Source: Aplysia californica (taxonomy: Eukaryota). From it: a stretch of DNA of 64,000 nt. This document shows, in pieces, positions 1-11,906 of the stretch. The stretch lies in NCBI RefSeq assembly GCF_000002075.1, contig NW_004798086.1, positions 205,743-269,742 on the forward strand, in the 5' to 3' direction. The translations under genes were made by a program, and so were the position numbers. Position 1 is the first letter of the stretch. Each line of letters begins with the position of its first letter. The notes beneath the pieces were generated by a model that saw only the letters and a program-made list of their open reading frames with translations, was not told the origin of the DNA and searched no databases.

Positions 1-1374
1 TTAAGTCAGTGTGGCTGATACCCATGGCGAGAGCTGATTGTAGTGGAAAATTAGAGCTCTGGCAGCCAGAGTCAGCGACCATAGGTAATGTGATTGAGGA
101 AAGCTTGGATTTGTTTTTCATTGGGAAACCCAATTCGGCATGGTCCTCAGGTAGGGGCGTTAGCTGAACAGTCATGAATGGGTGGGGCTTGGAAGGGCGG
201 GACATCCACGCTCCATCGTATATGTGGTGCTCCAGAGGTTGCATGCCATTTGCACAGGGTGTCTTGCTGTGAGTGTGACTCACACACAGCTGGTCGTAAA
301 TGCGGCCAATGTCACTGTCGTGTGCCTGTGAATGCGGGTTGTCTTCTGTTTGCATCATTCGACTGCTTGGATTTGGCCTGTTGCTTTGACCACAGAATTT
401 CGAGGTCTTGTCGCGATGTCCCCATTTCCCACAGGAGGTGCATCTGGAGCATGATNNNNNNNNNNNNNNNNNNNNNNNNNNNNNNNNNNNNNNNNNNNNN
501 NNNNNNNNNNNNNNNNNNNNNNNNNNNNNNNNNNNNNNNNNNNNNNNNNNNNNNNNNNNNNNNNNNNNNNNNNNNNNNNNNNNNNNNNNNNNNNNNNNNN
601 NNNNNNNNNNNNNNNNNNNNNNNNNNNNNNNNNNNNNNNNNNNNNNNNNNNNNNNNNNNNNNNNNNNNNNNNNNNNNNNNNNNNNNNNNNNNNNNNNNNN
701 NNNNNNNNNNNNNNNNNNNNGCGATGAAGGTGACTGTTTCTTCAAGGGTTCTGTCCGTCTTTGAGTCTCCCAGGAGGTCGGATAGGATCTCTGGGTCTGC
801 GACGCCTCGGATCAGGTTGTCTTTAATAATTTCGTCACTGTAGTTGAATGTATGTGTGCAGTTGGGTTCCCTGCATCGAGCAGTATATTGGCAGAGAGAT
901 GCCTGTCCCCTTAAGCTTGCTAGGAATGTCCTTATTCCTGTTCCAGGTGACTGAGTCATTTTTACTCAATTTGATGCGATGGACTAAGGTGCTTTCCTCT
1001 TTCACCGCTAGTCTCCTGATGGCTGCTAGGAGGTCCTCCTCTGTCATTGTCGAGACATCATCACAGAGATCACGCATGATATCAGTGCGCAAGTCTTGGC
1101 TGCAACAGTAGAAAAGGGCTGTCGGTGCCATGGTGCTAGAGATGGCCATTCCTTTTTTATACATAGTCCACTGTCTTGTAAATGCTGACCACTGGTCGGG
1201 GTCACAAGCTGCTCCTACTTGTGGGAGATCCAGTTTCACTTTGGACGGGGGTACTGTTCCGTGTGCCGTCCTGTCATGCATTTTTAATGCTGTCGACAAA
1301 GCATTGGCGAATACAGCATCAAGGTCCTGTGATTGCCAGGTACAGCTGTCAACTGGGGATGTTTATTCCGGCAT
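1..1374 (-). mobile_element. Decayed Ty3/Gypsy-type LTR retrotransposon gag(-protease) region, pseudogenised
   Basis: Minus strand reads ATG(1374) MPE*TSPVDSCTWQSQDLDAVFANALSTALKMH..DQWSAFTRQWTMYK..LFYCCSQDL..LAAIRRLAV. An extra-A frameshift near 960 leads into MTQSPGTGIRTFLASLRGQASLCQY..C..C..YSDEIIKDNLIRGVADPEILSDLL, a gag pattern typical of marine-invertebrate Gypsy elements. In-frame TAA at 1363-1365. Interrupted by an N gap. Confidence 0.75.
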
Positions 1375-1789
1375 GATGGAATTAAGTCAGTTGTTTGGCC
1401 AGCTACTGGGGTGAGATGTTGGGATTTGGGGTAAATGCAGTTACAGGGTGGCTAGTAAATGATGGCAGTGATGATCAATGATGATTAGGATTTCATGCGC
1501 TTTTTTCAAGTTGTGTTTCTTCATTGATGGCTGACTGGATTATGATGCAAAAGAGATTGTCCATCATAGTTAAAGATGAATAACTTCCTTCAATGGTGTT
1601 ATTGAACTCGCTCTTTATTAAGATTCAAAGGATGATGGACAATCTGAGGAAGGGTGAGAGATGGGTTAATTTAATATCTATCTAGGGAGGGGAGAAATTT
1701 CCACCAAGAACACCTAGCTACAATGTGAGGCAGGAGGGTGATTTTTTAATTAATTTTTTTTGGGAGGGAGCGGGGAGTTGTAAGTTGTA

Positions 1790-2025
1790 TGCAATGGAAG
1801 GAGTCGCTCCCGTCCGTCTGTCCGTTCGCTCAATGCATGGAGTCTTTCGGTCGGCCCGTCCGCTCGCTCGCTAAACGAACTGTTGTCTCTGTCGCATGTG
1901 TAGCGAGTAGCGAACTACTCTTCACAAGCGGATGGTTCGTTACCCGTCCGCTCGTTTGCGGGCAGTGCCAGCGAGTAGTTCGTTACTCGCGGACGCTAAT
2001 TTTGCGAGCCCGACCCAACCCTAGT
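1790..2025 (-). mobile_element. Terminus of a hAT-like DNA element with CG-rich subterminal motifs
   Basis: Ends CCCGACCCAACCCTAG (TAGGGTTGGGTCGGG on the minus strand), with repeated CCCGTCCG/CGCTCG/CGAGTAG motifs. Abuts a SINE tail fragment at ~2026-2095. Confidence 0.4.
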
Positions 2026-5000
2026 GTATAGATTGTGAAGCGCACAGAGCTTGCTGTTGAGCAGATTTGTGCAAGACAAAGTCTATCTCTATTATTACCA
2101 GAGGAATTCTGATCACTGATGATGTAGATCTAATGAGCGACCACTACAATAATGGGAAGTGGCTATCCTCACCCAGGGTGAGAATAAAAATACGATCCAC
2201 CTCTCACCCTGGGTGAGACTTGCCAGCGATGGCAATTCTCACCCGGTGTGAAGCAAGACCGGTTTTTCCTAATTTCGGAATACTGTCTATTGATGTGGAT
2301 GATCAAATTGACAATTTTTAAGCAAAGAACAAATGACGGTATAGCACAATTTAAGTAAAGTAAGCTAATTTGGTCGTCTACAAAGATGCTACGGCTATAA
2401 ATTTAACTTTTCGAATGGAGCCGAACTATGTGGGTCTCCATTTTGTTTTGCATAGAAGTTCTCACGCTAACTACTCTCTCTTTATCTATCTCTCCCCCCA
2501 CCCCTCTCTCTCTCTTTCTTTCTCACTGCTCAGACAAAATTGCACGCTTTCAACACAAGAACGTTTTAACGTTTGTTCATGGCGAACACTACACTGGTTG
2601 GCCTAGCTAGGCAATCACAGTGAACGCGCACCGCGTGAGAATAGCCAAAAGGCTCGCCTGCACTATTCTCATAGATAGAGACGTGGCCATACCATAACAA
2701 TGACATGAAATCTAGGCCTCCAGATCTAGATTTCAAGATCTAAAGTCTCGTATTAAATTAGAAAGTGTAGGCTGTAGATCTAGATTATAATCTAGATCTA
2801 ATGTTGAAAGAGTACTCATCGTCATCGTGACGAATGTAGAACAAACGTCGTTAGTTAATCGTTATGAATGAAATCTTGAATCTTATCTAATGACTGAACG
2901 ATTCACTTTCATAAGCAGCCTTCATCCTTCAAGTTCAAGTTACGAAGTGGCTAGCCTGGGAGTCTAGATCTAGGTTTGGCCCTATCGACTCAAACCTGTT
3001 AAGTACACAGGTCTTATTAGATCAAGATCTAGTAATTATTCAGGTTCAAATACATGCAAGTCAGTAAGGCACATTTTGGTTTTGTATAAAATACAAAACT
3101 ACTTTTGGCATTGCAAACTAAAAATTTCATTTACAATTACAGTCATCAATATTAAGTAAGGCTAGCCTGACAGACTAGCTGTCCTTAAGTACGGCTAGCC
3201 TAGCTGTCTACCCGTACTTAAGTACGGCTAGACTTCCAGTATAGCCGTACTTATCTTGGCCTTATTAACATTAGAAAACCGAGTGCTTTTTCGGTAGTTC
3301 CCACCCCCCAATTGTTATTCATATTGGTTTAGGCCCCAAGAGTAGGGGGGTTTCAGGGGGGTTTGCCCCCCTGACCTAATATAAATAAGGTGGGGGGTTT
3401 CAGGGCTCCCAGTGAAAAATTTTCCCAACCCCTGAACTTTGTCGGAGGATCGCGATAGACGCAACAAAGTGCACAAGTAGGCCTACAAATATTGCAAAAG
3501 GAAGAGCAAGAAAACGTCTTTAGGAAAAGAAAATGTTGCCAGATACATGCATTCGCATAAAAAATTATGAAAGTCAACCGATTTCGATAAAGACCGGAAA
3601 GGCAAAGTAAGTAGTCTAGTAGTTATGAACAGGAAGTAAAGGTGGGCGGTTAGAGCCAAACTACTAGATTCTATACATCGCTCTATTATTATGTTCTCCA
3701 AATTTTCGCATTTTTTCTCGGAGAAGATAAAATATGAAACCCGTGCAGACGCGAAGCGTGACGGAAACATGACCGCGCGATGCTCAGCCATTCCGCGGCC
3801 GCTGATCTCAGCCCCGGACTTTCTCCGAACCGCGAACCCCGGAAATTCGAGGATCCGCGGAAGTCTGAGAGCCCTGGGCTGAATTTTACCACAATTTAAT
3901 CTTTTGCGGTTGTTAAGTTTGAATCAAACGTATAGATCTAGTCTAGATCAAATATATATCTAGATCTACATCTAGATTCTAGATTTTTAGATCTACATCT
4001 AGATGTAGAATCTAGGTCAGGCTCAAATAAGGGGGATGGGAACTACCAAAAAAGCACCGAAAACCGGAGGTTTAAAATACTGTCATTCATTAAGGCATTA
4101 AGGCACCTGGTTTCGTCTCAAACTCAAATACAAATAGATCTAGAAATCTAGATCTAGATTCTACTTTAGGTTAGGTACTGCAAACTAAAAATTAATATTT
4201 TCAGTAGGCCTACTTTTTTTATGGTCAGTCTAGCCATCTTATCTAAGAAATCTAAACTCTCTCTACTCTAGATTTCTAGATCTAGATCTAGAATCTAGTC
4301 TAGATCTAGATTCTAGATTAGATTCTAAAAAGTACGGCTTGCCCAGCTGTCTAGTCTAGTGTCTAGCCGTAGATAGTATTCCACTCTTCAAAAATACCAT
4401 CGAGCTTCAAAAGTACATTGTTCGTGATTGATAGACGTAGCTCTATTCAAGCACTAAGGACTGTTTTGTCTCCTTCGTGTGTTCTCTCCACCCTCCATTA
4501 CTTCACTCACAATCAAAACAAAGTTGATCTACTTTACTTTATTAATCTACAGGACAAGTCAAGGGAGGCCAGTGCCACCAGAAAGAAAACATTACTCTTC
4601 TGAGAAAAGAGGTTATCATTGTCCTATTGCCAAATATGTGCAAAACCCCATAGCTTTGCCGATTTTTTTTTGCTTCATCTTTGTCACTCTGTCTTTCTCT
4701 TTTTAAAAATCTCCAAGTTTTTATCGACGTACAATCTCTTTTTGATGTTTTAAAAGCTTTCTTATGCTTCAAATATGCAAAATTCTATATCTAAAGCCTC
4801 AATATCTGAAGAATTTTTTTTTTCCTGCTAGTCACGTAGGCTTACTTCCCCTCAGGGTTTAACTGGCAAGTGGAAATACCAACTTTCGCAATCAAACTTT
4901 CCCCATCGATTGCCAAAGATACCAAGGCAGCGCCCACTCCACAACTCTAGATCCAGATTCTAGATCTACGGCACGTTCAAGATTACGTATACCGTAATGT

Positions 5001-5097
5001 AATATTTGGTTCTAGGTTATCTAGATCTAGACTCAAAATCTCACTTGTTTGTTTCACCTGCTTGTTGCACTAGATCTATACTTAGCCAACAATAAAC

Positions 5098-5973
5098 ATG
5101 TCCATGATGCTTTTAAGGCGGTACTTACCAAAAACGACAAGTGACACCATCGCGTTCTTCTTCCTTCTGGGATCAGTTCATGGAGTAGGTCTCTTTGAAC
5201 TATTTCACGTTTTGCCAACAATCTACTCTTCACCAGACCATGTCACATCCACAAACGGGTTCTCCCTCTACTACTTTCACGTATCAATGGGACTTTTTTT
5301 TTACTGCAATGTTGTGCTCAACCTATACAAAATTATTTCGACCAACTCGACCATCAGAGGGAAAGTTTTGCCCTCAATATTGAAACCTGGGGGCTGGCAT
5401 TTTTGTGTTGTGTGCGAAAGCAACGCCCCACCAAGATCATTTCATTGTCACATTTGCAAAATATGCATCCTCAAGAGGGACCACCACTGCACATTTACAG
5501 GAAACTGCATCGGACTCTTCAATCAGCGGTACTACATTGGACTTGTTCTATACATGGCGCTTGCTGCTGGTTACTCTTGCATGCTAAACATGGATTATTT
5601 TTACCATTTGTTTGGTAATATTTCTTTGAAAACAATCCTCACCGTTACTTTTCCACTTGTATCTTGGATGTTTGCACCAGCTGATAAGATGTCGGGATTT
5701 GAAACTTTCATGACTTCACTCTGTTTAGTTGGATTTTGTTTAAGCACTGGCTTGTTTATTTATCATTTGATAAATGCTGTAAATGGACAGAGTGTGCATG
5801 AGCGTACATACAAAATTCATGATTACAATCTTGGATGGATCGAAAATATTGGTTTAGTTCTTGGAACAAATTGGAAAATTGCTCTGTTATTTCCTTTTAT
5901 TAATTCTCCCATCCCCTCTGATGGTTTAGAATACGTGAACAGAAATCAGTATGAATCATTGAAGACTATGTAA
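5098..5973 (+). CDS. ZDHHC24: DHHC palmitoyltransferase (ZDHHC24-like), intronless CDS, 291 aa
   Basis: Complete Cys-rich domain CVVC..APPRSFHCHICKICILKRDHHCTFTGNCIGLFNQRYY, four hydrophobic TM segments, NGQSVHE (TTxE-like) and YNLGWIENIGLVLG C-terminal motif. The subfamily assignment is by resemblance only. Confidence 0.92.
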   Translation: MSMMLLRRYLPKTTSDTIAFFFLLGSVHGVGLFELFHVLPTIYSSPDHVTSTNGFSLYYFHVSMGLFFYCNVVLNLYKIISTNSTIRGKVLPSILKPGGWHFCVVCESNAPPRSFHCHICKICILKRDHHCTFTGNCIGLFNQRYYIGLVLYMALAAGYSCMLNMDYFYHLFGNISLKTILTVTFPLVSWMFAPADKMSGFETFMTSLCLVGFCLSTGLFIYHLINAVNGQSVHERTYKIHDYNLGWIENIGLVLGTNWKIALLFPFINSPIPSDGLEYVNRNQYESLKTM

Positions 5974-6018
5974 GTTTTTGTGGAGGGGGGGGGGCATTGT
6001 GACGGAGTGGCGGCTGTG

Positions 6019-6616
6019 AGTACCAGGTCAGTCGTTTCGTCACACCGATGCAGTCAAGACATCACTGTCATCTCGTCTCACCCAAATCCACAAAAGGTTG
6101 AATGGAGACGGTCATTTTGTCACGCACCTGCAAACATCGAACACACATAATTGTCGTGGCAATCGCAAATCATGATTTTTGGGAAGAGTTTTTGGGTGGT
6201 GTGGGGGGGGGGGGCAAGCCGTTGTGCCTGCCTGGAAAGCTACACCGTTGTCATACCCCCCCCAAGCGGTGCCACTGACTGTTGTGTCTTTAGGCCATTG
6301 GCGCTCATGCAGTTCCGAGCGCCGTAAAACCCTTTACTAAAACTAAAAAGTTCATACCTGGGTGAGTTTTGTCGAGTTCTTTTTGGTTGGGGGGGGGGGG
6401 GGGGGCAGTTTTAGGCTTAAATTACTTTAAAACAAGAAGGCACTGTCCAATAATTACGTGCTTAAACTGGTGATCTTAGAATAAAGACTACTGGCACTGT
6501 TCCTCCAAAACACTCTAGTAGTACTAGCATACAATTTTGGAGAGACAAGCAAAGTCATTTCGTCACACATAATTTTTGTATGACGAGATGACCGTGTTAC
6601 GAAATGACCTGTTTCA
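6019..6616. mobile_element. Foldback/Mutator-like MITE in the zDHHC 3' UTR
   Basis: Repeated GTCATTTCGTCACAC-like motifs at ~6030, 6070, 6110 and 6555, inverted (GACGAGATGACC, ACGAAATGACC) at ~6580-6610. Imperfect 9-bp flanks GGCGGCTGT/AGTGGCTGT. Confidence 0.35.
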
Positions 6617-7489
6617 GTGGCTGTTACATTAACGCTTTATATAGATACTTCAGACTTGCTTAAATATTACAATTTTAAAAACTAATAAAATGTGGAGCAG
6701 TTAACGTCATAATGGTGCTAGCCTTGTAGCTGAGCATACTGGGTCCTTTTAGTTGTAGTGTACGGTAGTCCTATCTTTGACAGAATTGCTATTCTCAGTC
6801 TTTTAAGTATCATGCTGTGTGAACTTGTAGTTATGTGTAAGAAATGATAATTCAAAATTATTTTCGACTTTGCCTGGAAGAGATGAAAGCTGTGTGTGTG
6901 TGTATACTACACTATTTAAACAAATTAAATTAAGTCTAATCTGGAGAAAATTTTACCGAGAATGATGCACAGGAGAAAAGTTAAGGTATCTCAGGATAAG
7001 ATAAAGTGGAAAGTCTTTGCTGGAAGTAAGTTGATGATGATTGTATTTGATGGACATCTGCACAGAGCTCTTTTAATTGAAAGAATGAAGCATTCCCTCC
7101 GCACCCGCACTCTACCACATTGTCATTGTCTGATTATCCTGCTCCCATGCTCAGCTCACACTTACAATCATCCCAATACCTGTGACATTATTTATTGAAT
7201 ATTCTGTTAGAGGTGCCACTGGGTCTGCTTGTTTGTACAGCTCATACTTTGACTGTATTTAGACAAATTTATGTATAAGGTTACTCTAGTATTAGTAGTT
7301 ATTTGCCAGTGTGTGTTGTGTCTGATGCTGTATTATCTTTTTTTCATATTTTGATGATTTTTGTCAGCATGCCAGTCTCGAACACAAGTTGAATCAAACT
7401 TGAAAATGTGTATTTCTTGAACTGAAGTTTCTGTTCCCATTTTTTTTCTTTAAGAGTACTGTCAAACCTCATTTTATACTGCCATCCTT

Positions 7490-7706
7490 GGGATAAACGT
7501 GAAGTTCGCAGAATAGCAGGGCAGGTGGTTTAGTGTAGTTCTCTCAGTGTCCTCTGTGGTAAATAGAGCAGCTGACACTGCCCAATGTCAAGTCAAGTGA
7601 AACACTCGAGCACTTTTCAAGGACCCCCGAGCGACTGTTGAGTTCCTGCGTACTGTCGGCATCGCTGACCGTTTATGACGCCACAGTGCCAGAAGAGAGA
7701 GAGAAG
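7490..7706 (+). mobile_element. Probable 3' end of a non-LTR retrotransposon
   Basis: Residual frame ..ATVEFLRTVGIADRL* followed by a short UTR and (GA)n tail. Confidence 0.3.
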
Positions 7707-10503
7707 TCAAGTGAAATGATGTATGATCTGTGTTTGAAAAGTGGAGGGTACTTTTGTTGATGATTTGTATCGTGTGTATGTATNNNNNNNNNNNNNNNNN
7801 NNNNNNNNNNNNNNNNNNNNNNNNNNNNNNNNNNNNNNNNNNNNNNNNNNNNNNNNNNNNNNNNNNNNNNNNNNNNNNNNNNNNNNNNNNNNNNNNNNNN
7901 NNNNNNNNNNNNNNNNNNNNNNNNNNNNNNNNNNNNNNNNNNNNNNNNNNNNNNNNNNNNNNNNNNNNNNNNNATGAAATTGAAACACAGTTGAACTTAA
8001 TGAATGTAATTTCAAAATGAACATTTCTGCTGGATCAGAAGCTACACCATATTATTATGTGTCAAGGTCCCTGAGACAAAAATAAAAGGCTGTCTGGTGC
8101 CTGCCATCTTAGGGGTCACCGGGCTGATAACTGGCAACCCCAGATATTCACCGATCAAATCATGCCCATTTGTGATTTCATTTGGTTGCAATCTGTTAAA
8201 AGCATAAATGCAATCCTTCAAATTTTCAAGCTGTACAGTGTGGGTGGTTGGCGGATGCACTGGTATGGCTTGTTTCTTCTTTCCTATCAAACATCTATCG
8301 TCCTTTATCTCTCCTCCTTCTACTCGTAGTACATTGTCATTGTCCTTCTTCCATCTGCATCCCCAGCCACACTTCATCTTGCCTCATTAGGTTGTGCGAT
8401 TTTATTTAAAAAATAGTAGGCTACTGATATTGTACTTTGCAGAAAATGTGTATTAATGTAAATCTATTTATTTTGTTGATTTTTATTAATGTCTTTCCAG
8501 TTGCTCGGTGCGTTAAAAGTAAGCCTTTCTGTTTAGTAACGTGAGAGTGAGAGAAAGAAAGAGAGGGGACGGGTGAAAGAGAAAGAGGGAAAAAAGAGTT
8601 TCCGAACGTGAAAAGAAAGAAAAGTCTTCTCGTTTTATGTGCTGAGCTATGAGACTGCCAAGAACATTGATAATGTATACTTTTTAAATGTTTGTTTGTT
8701 TGTTGTTTTGCTCAGATTTTTTTGTTGGTCTCAGTGACTTGCAATTTGAGAAATTTTCATGACCAGTAAAAAGGTCAGGATCGCAAGTTCTTTCGAACTC
8801 TCAAAAACTTGAGTAGAAGCTGCATTGAAAGAGTGCACATACAGTATAACACGGATAGGTCGAACACAGAAGACTCAAAATCACGTATCTGTCGAAGTGT
8901 GCCTGTGGTCTCTTTTTTTAAAGATTTTCTTTATCTTTGTTAGATGTCCCTCAAACTATGGGTCCCTCGAAATACTGAGGCCGGTCCCGACGAATTCGAG
9001 CTATCCGTCTTGTGCTGTATTTTTATCGTTTGAAAACTAATGTATGGGCTTGGTAGCCTACATAAATAATTTTATAGGCCTCAGCAAGCTTGTGATTTTA
9101 TTATCAGTATCAGTGTCATCATAATTATTTCAATTTGATTATTGAATACAGCTTAAACAACTCTATCTCTGTTCTCTATACTTTGGTGCTACATATCCAG
9201 TGTCAAAACAGAGGTCTTACTTCTTAGATGTAATCAACATTTCTGTGTGGAGAGATGCATGACTTACATCACTAAACCATCATGCTATCTGCAGTGATGA
9301 TTATATCAGTGATAATACTGTATTGATGGGCAAAAGAAACTCAGGAAGTTGTGTATGGAGTAAGTGGAGTCTCGACTTGATACTTTACTTTTCCGATCCA
9401 GCGACCTTCTGAGCTCTTCGACCTGACTTGATTTTAACTTAATGTCCTTATATTATAATTCATTCCATGATAAGCTGCAAACTCGTTACATTGGTAGATT
9501 TGTTAATTAACTTAATAGTATGACTATTCGCCAATCTTACGACTTGAAGAACTGGGTGTCTTCAGAGGAAGTGGCAGAACCAGCATGGTGCAGGGGATAG
9601 AAAGACTTGCTATTAACCAAATGAACACCGGAACGATCAGTAGATGGTCTCTAAGGTGGATATTGGAGCGGGGAGCGGAGCTCGTATGGCAATGCCCGGA
9701 GTGCTGTGATGTTGTTCCCAGGATCAAGTAATCAAGTTAATAGTAATACAGTATAGTCAGGTTCGGTTATCTCCAAAGGGTCTAATCTTGATGAATGTGT
9801 TTGACACATACATCCATAACTTTGGTAAACCGATGTAATGAAAAATCAAAGAGATATCAGTCGGGGGGAATCATACAAGCCATTTGTTTTTTTGAGTTTT
9901 TCATGTCCGTGTTATATTACATTGTTTGTGCCAATTTGTAGGGAATGAACATCTTTAATGTGATATCCTTTGCGCTGGGCATGTCATGTGTGTCTCCATA
10001 ACGCACCATGTGCGTCATTTTGTTGTGTTACAAATATAGTGTTCTACTGTTCACTGTTCATCGTGGTTGTGTGAAGAATGGTGTATGAGAACAATGTGTG
10101 TCACGACACGGTTGAATCACAAACCATAAATTTTTTCCATGCGTTCTCGGAACTTTCTGAGTGATGACTGGCATGAGAGTGCTTGAACCTTTTGTTATAA
10201 ACTTTGTGTCCATTTCAGGCTAATATTTGTGCTTTCTAATGGCCAAATATTGGTGCGTACTATGAAATTGCTATCATTACCATTGCTGTTTTTGTTGTCA
10301 TGGAGATGATAATAATCATGTTGATTATTAAATCGTGATGAGTGACATTGTGTGACTTGGTAGTATATTATTATTACGTGTGTAGCAATGTGACTAAATG
10401 ATTCACTTGTTGCATACAGTCACTCGGCTGTTGTGAATATCATATGTGTGTCCCAACTTCAAGTGGCTCTAACTCTGATACCAAAGCAGCTACATTCATA
10501 CAT

Positions 10504-10900
10504 GTGAGGCAGCGTGGTGGAATCAGGTTCTCGTCAAAATAATCAAAGTGAAGAAACTTGCATTTTTCTGCTGGTTTGTGAATTTTTATCAAATTTTTGT
10601 TTTTTCGGCTGAACACCTTTCATGCCCATTAAAGAACTTATTTCTGTTTGGGTTTTTCTGAAAAACATTAATTAAAGGCACAAGAAATGTAAATTTTCAG
10701 TTACCACGGACTCTTAAGCTAAGGAAATATAACTCATTTTTGGCGGCCATTTTGTCCTTCATTTGCAAATATCTTGACTTGCATTCAAGATAAATGGATA
10801 TTGTTTTCATTCACATACAAGTGAACAAGCTTTAGGATGATACCAATAACTTTACCTGCCCAAAAATTGACGAGAGCCTGATTCCACCACGCTGCCTCAC
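10504..10900. mobile_element. MITE with GTG termini (Sola1-like by ATAT target)
   Basis: TIRs GTGAGGCAGCGTGGTGGAATCAGG..CTCGTCAA / TTGACGAGAGCCTGATTCCACCACGCTGCCTCAC, flanked ACAT/ATAT. Relatives at ~11101-11550, 19868-20316, 27355-27782, 34385-34610, 38750-38973, 47625-48013 and 52965-53367. Confidence 0.7.
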
Positions 10901-11662
10901 ATATTACATTGTTTGTGCTAATTTGTAGGGAATGAACATCTTTAACTTTAATGTGATATCCTTAGCGCTGTGTATGTGTGTTTCCATAAATTATAACGCA
11001 CCATGTGCGTCATTTTGCTGTGTTACAAGTCTAGTATTGTTTTGCTGTTCACTGTTCATCGGGGTTAATTATTGAGAAGAATGGTGTGTGAGAATGATGT
11101 GTATCACAACACGGTAGAGTCAGGCTCTTGTCAATTTTTGGCCATGTGGAGTTATTAGTATCATCTTTAAGTTAAGCTTATTTATTTGTCGCACTTTCAA
11201 TGAAAAAATTAGGCCTACCCATCTATCTTAAATAGAAGAAGTTGAGATTTTTGCAATTGAAGTAGGAGTTGTCGCCTGGTTTCAGTGATAAAATTAGCGA
11301 GAAACTGGCCGCCAAATTTCAGTAACTTTAGTAGGCCTAGTTTGAGAGTCCTTGAAAACGTTAAAATTACGCATTTTGTGCATTTAATCGACGTTTTTCA
11401 AATTCACACGAAGATGTATTTTATATAGACGTAAAAGGTGTTGAGCCAAAAACCAAAAATTCAATAAAAATTGCTAAGCTGGCGGGAAAAATGCTTGTTT
11501 CTTCGATTACATTTTTTGGACGAGCACCTGATTTCACGACAATACCTCTCATAATATGATATATTATGTGTTAGATCAGTGTGTTGTATAATTTTTCAAA
11601 AGTTTTGCATTTTTCTCATCAACTGTTGTGAAAGTTTCCCTTAAGTGCCACACTCACTATGG

Positions 11663-11906
11663 CTGTCCCCGCGGTTTTATGCACCCCGCTTAATTTTGCA
11701 AAATTTTATAATTTTTTTGCATAATTTCTGATTATTTTACTTTATCATTGCGCGCTCATATGACCTTAGCAGTTGCGAGCGCCGTAAAACCTTATACTAC
11801 TACTACTACTTTATCATTCTTGTTAAAATAAACAGAATCGCACAATTTCACATTTTTGGGCTCAGTTAACTTTTTTTTTTTTTTGCATAAAACCGTGGGG
11901 GGACAG
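11663..11906. mobile_element. CTGTCCCC-TIR MITE, 6-bp TSD (CTATGG), carrying a ~57-bp retro-insertion
   Basis: TIRs CTGTCCCCGCGGTTTTATGCA / TGCATAAAACCGTGGGGGGACAG. CTATGG at 11657-11662 and 11907-11912. Confidence 0.8.

Noticed and set aside
1530-1650. PBS/LTR of the Gypsy element and a 14-bp inverted repeat (AGATTGTCCATCAT/ATGATGGACAATCT)
   Set aside because: Only a degenerate TGCATCATAATCCAG PBS-like string and an AATAAA are visible, and there is no second LTR in the window to confirm boundaries.
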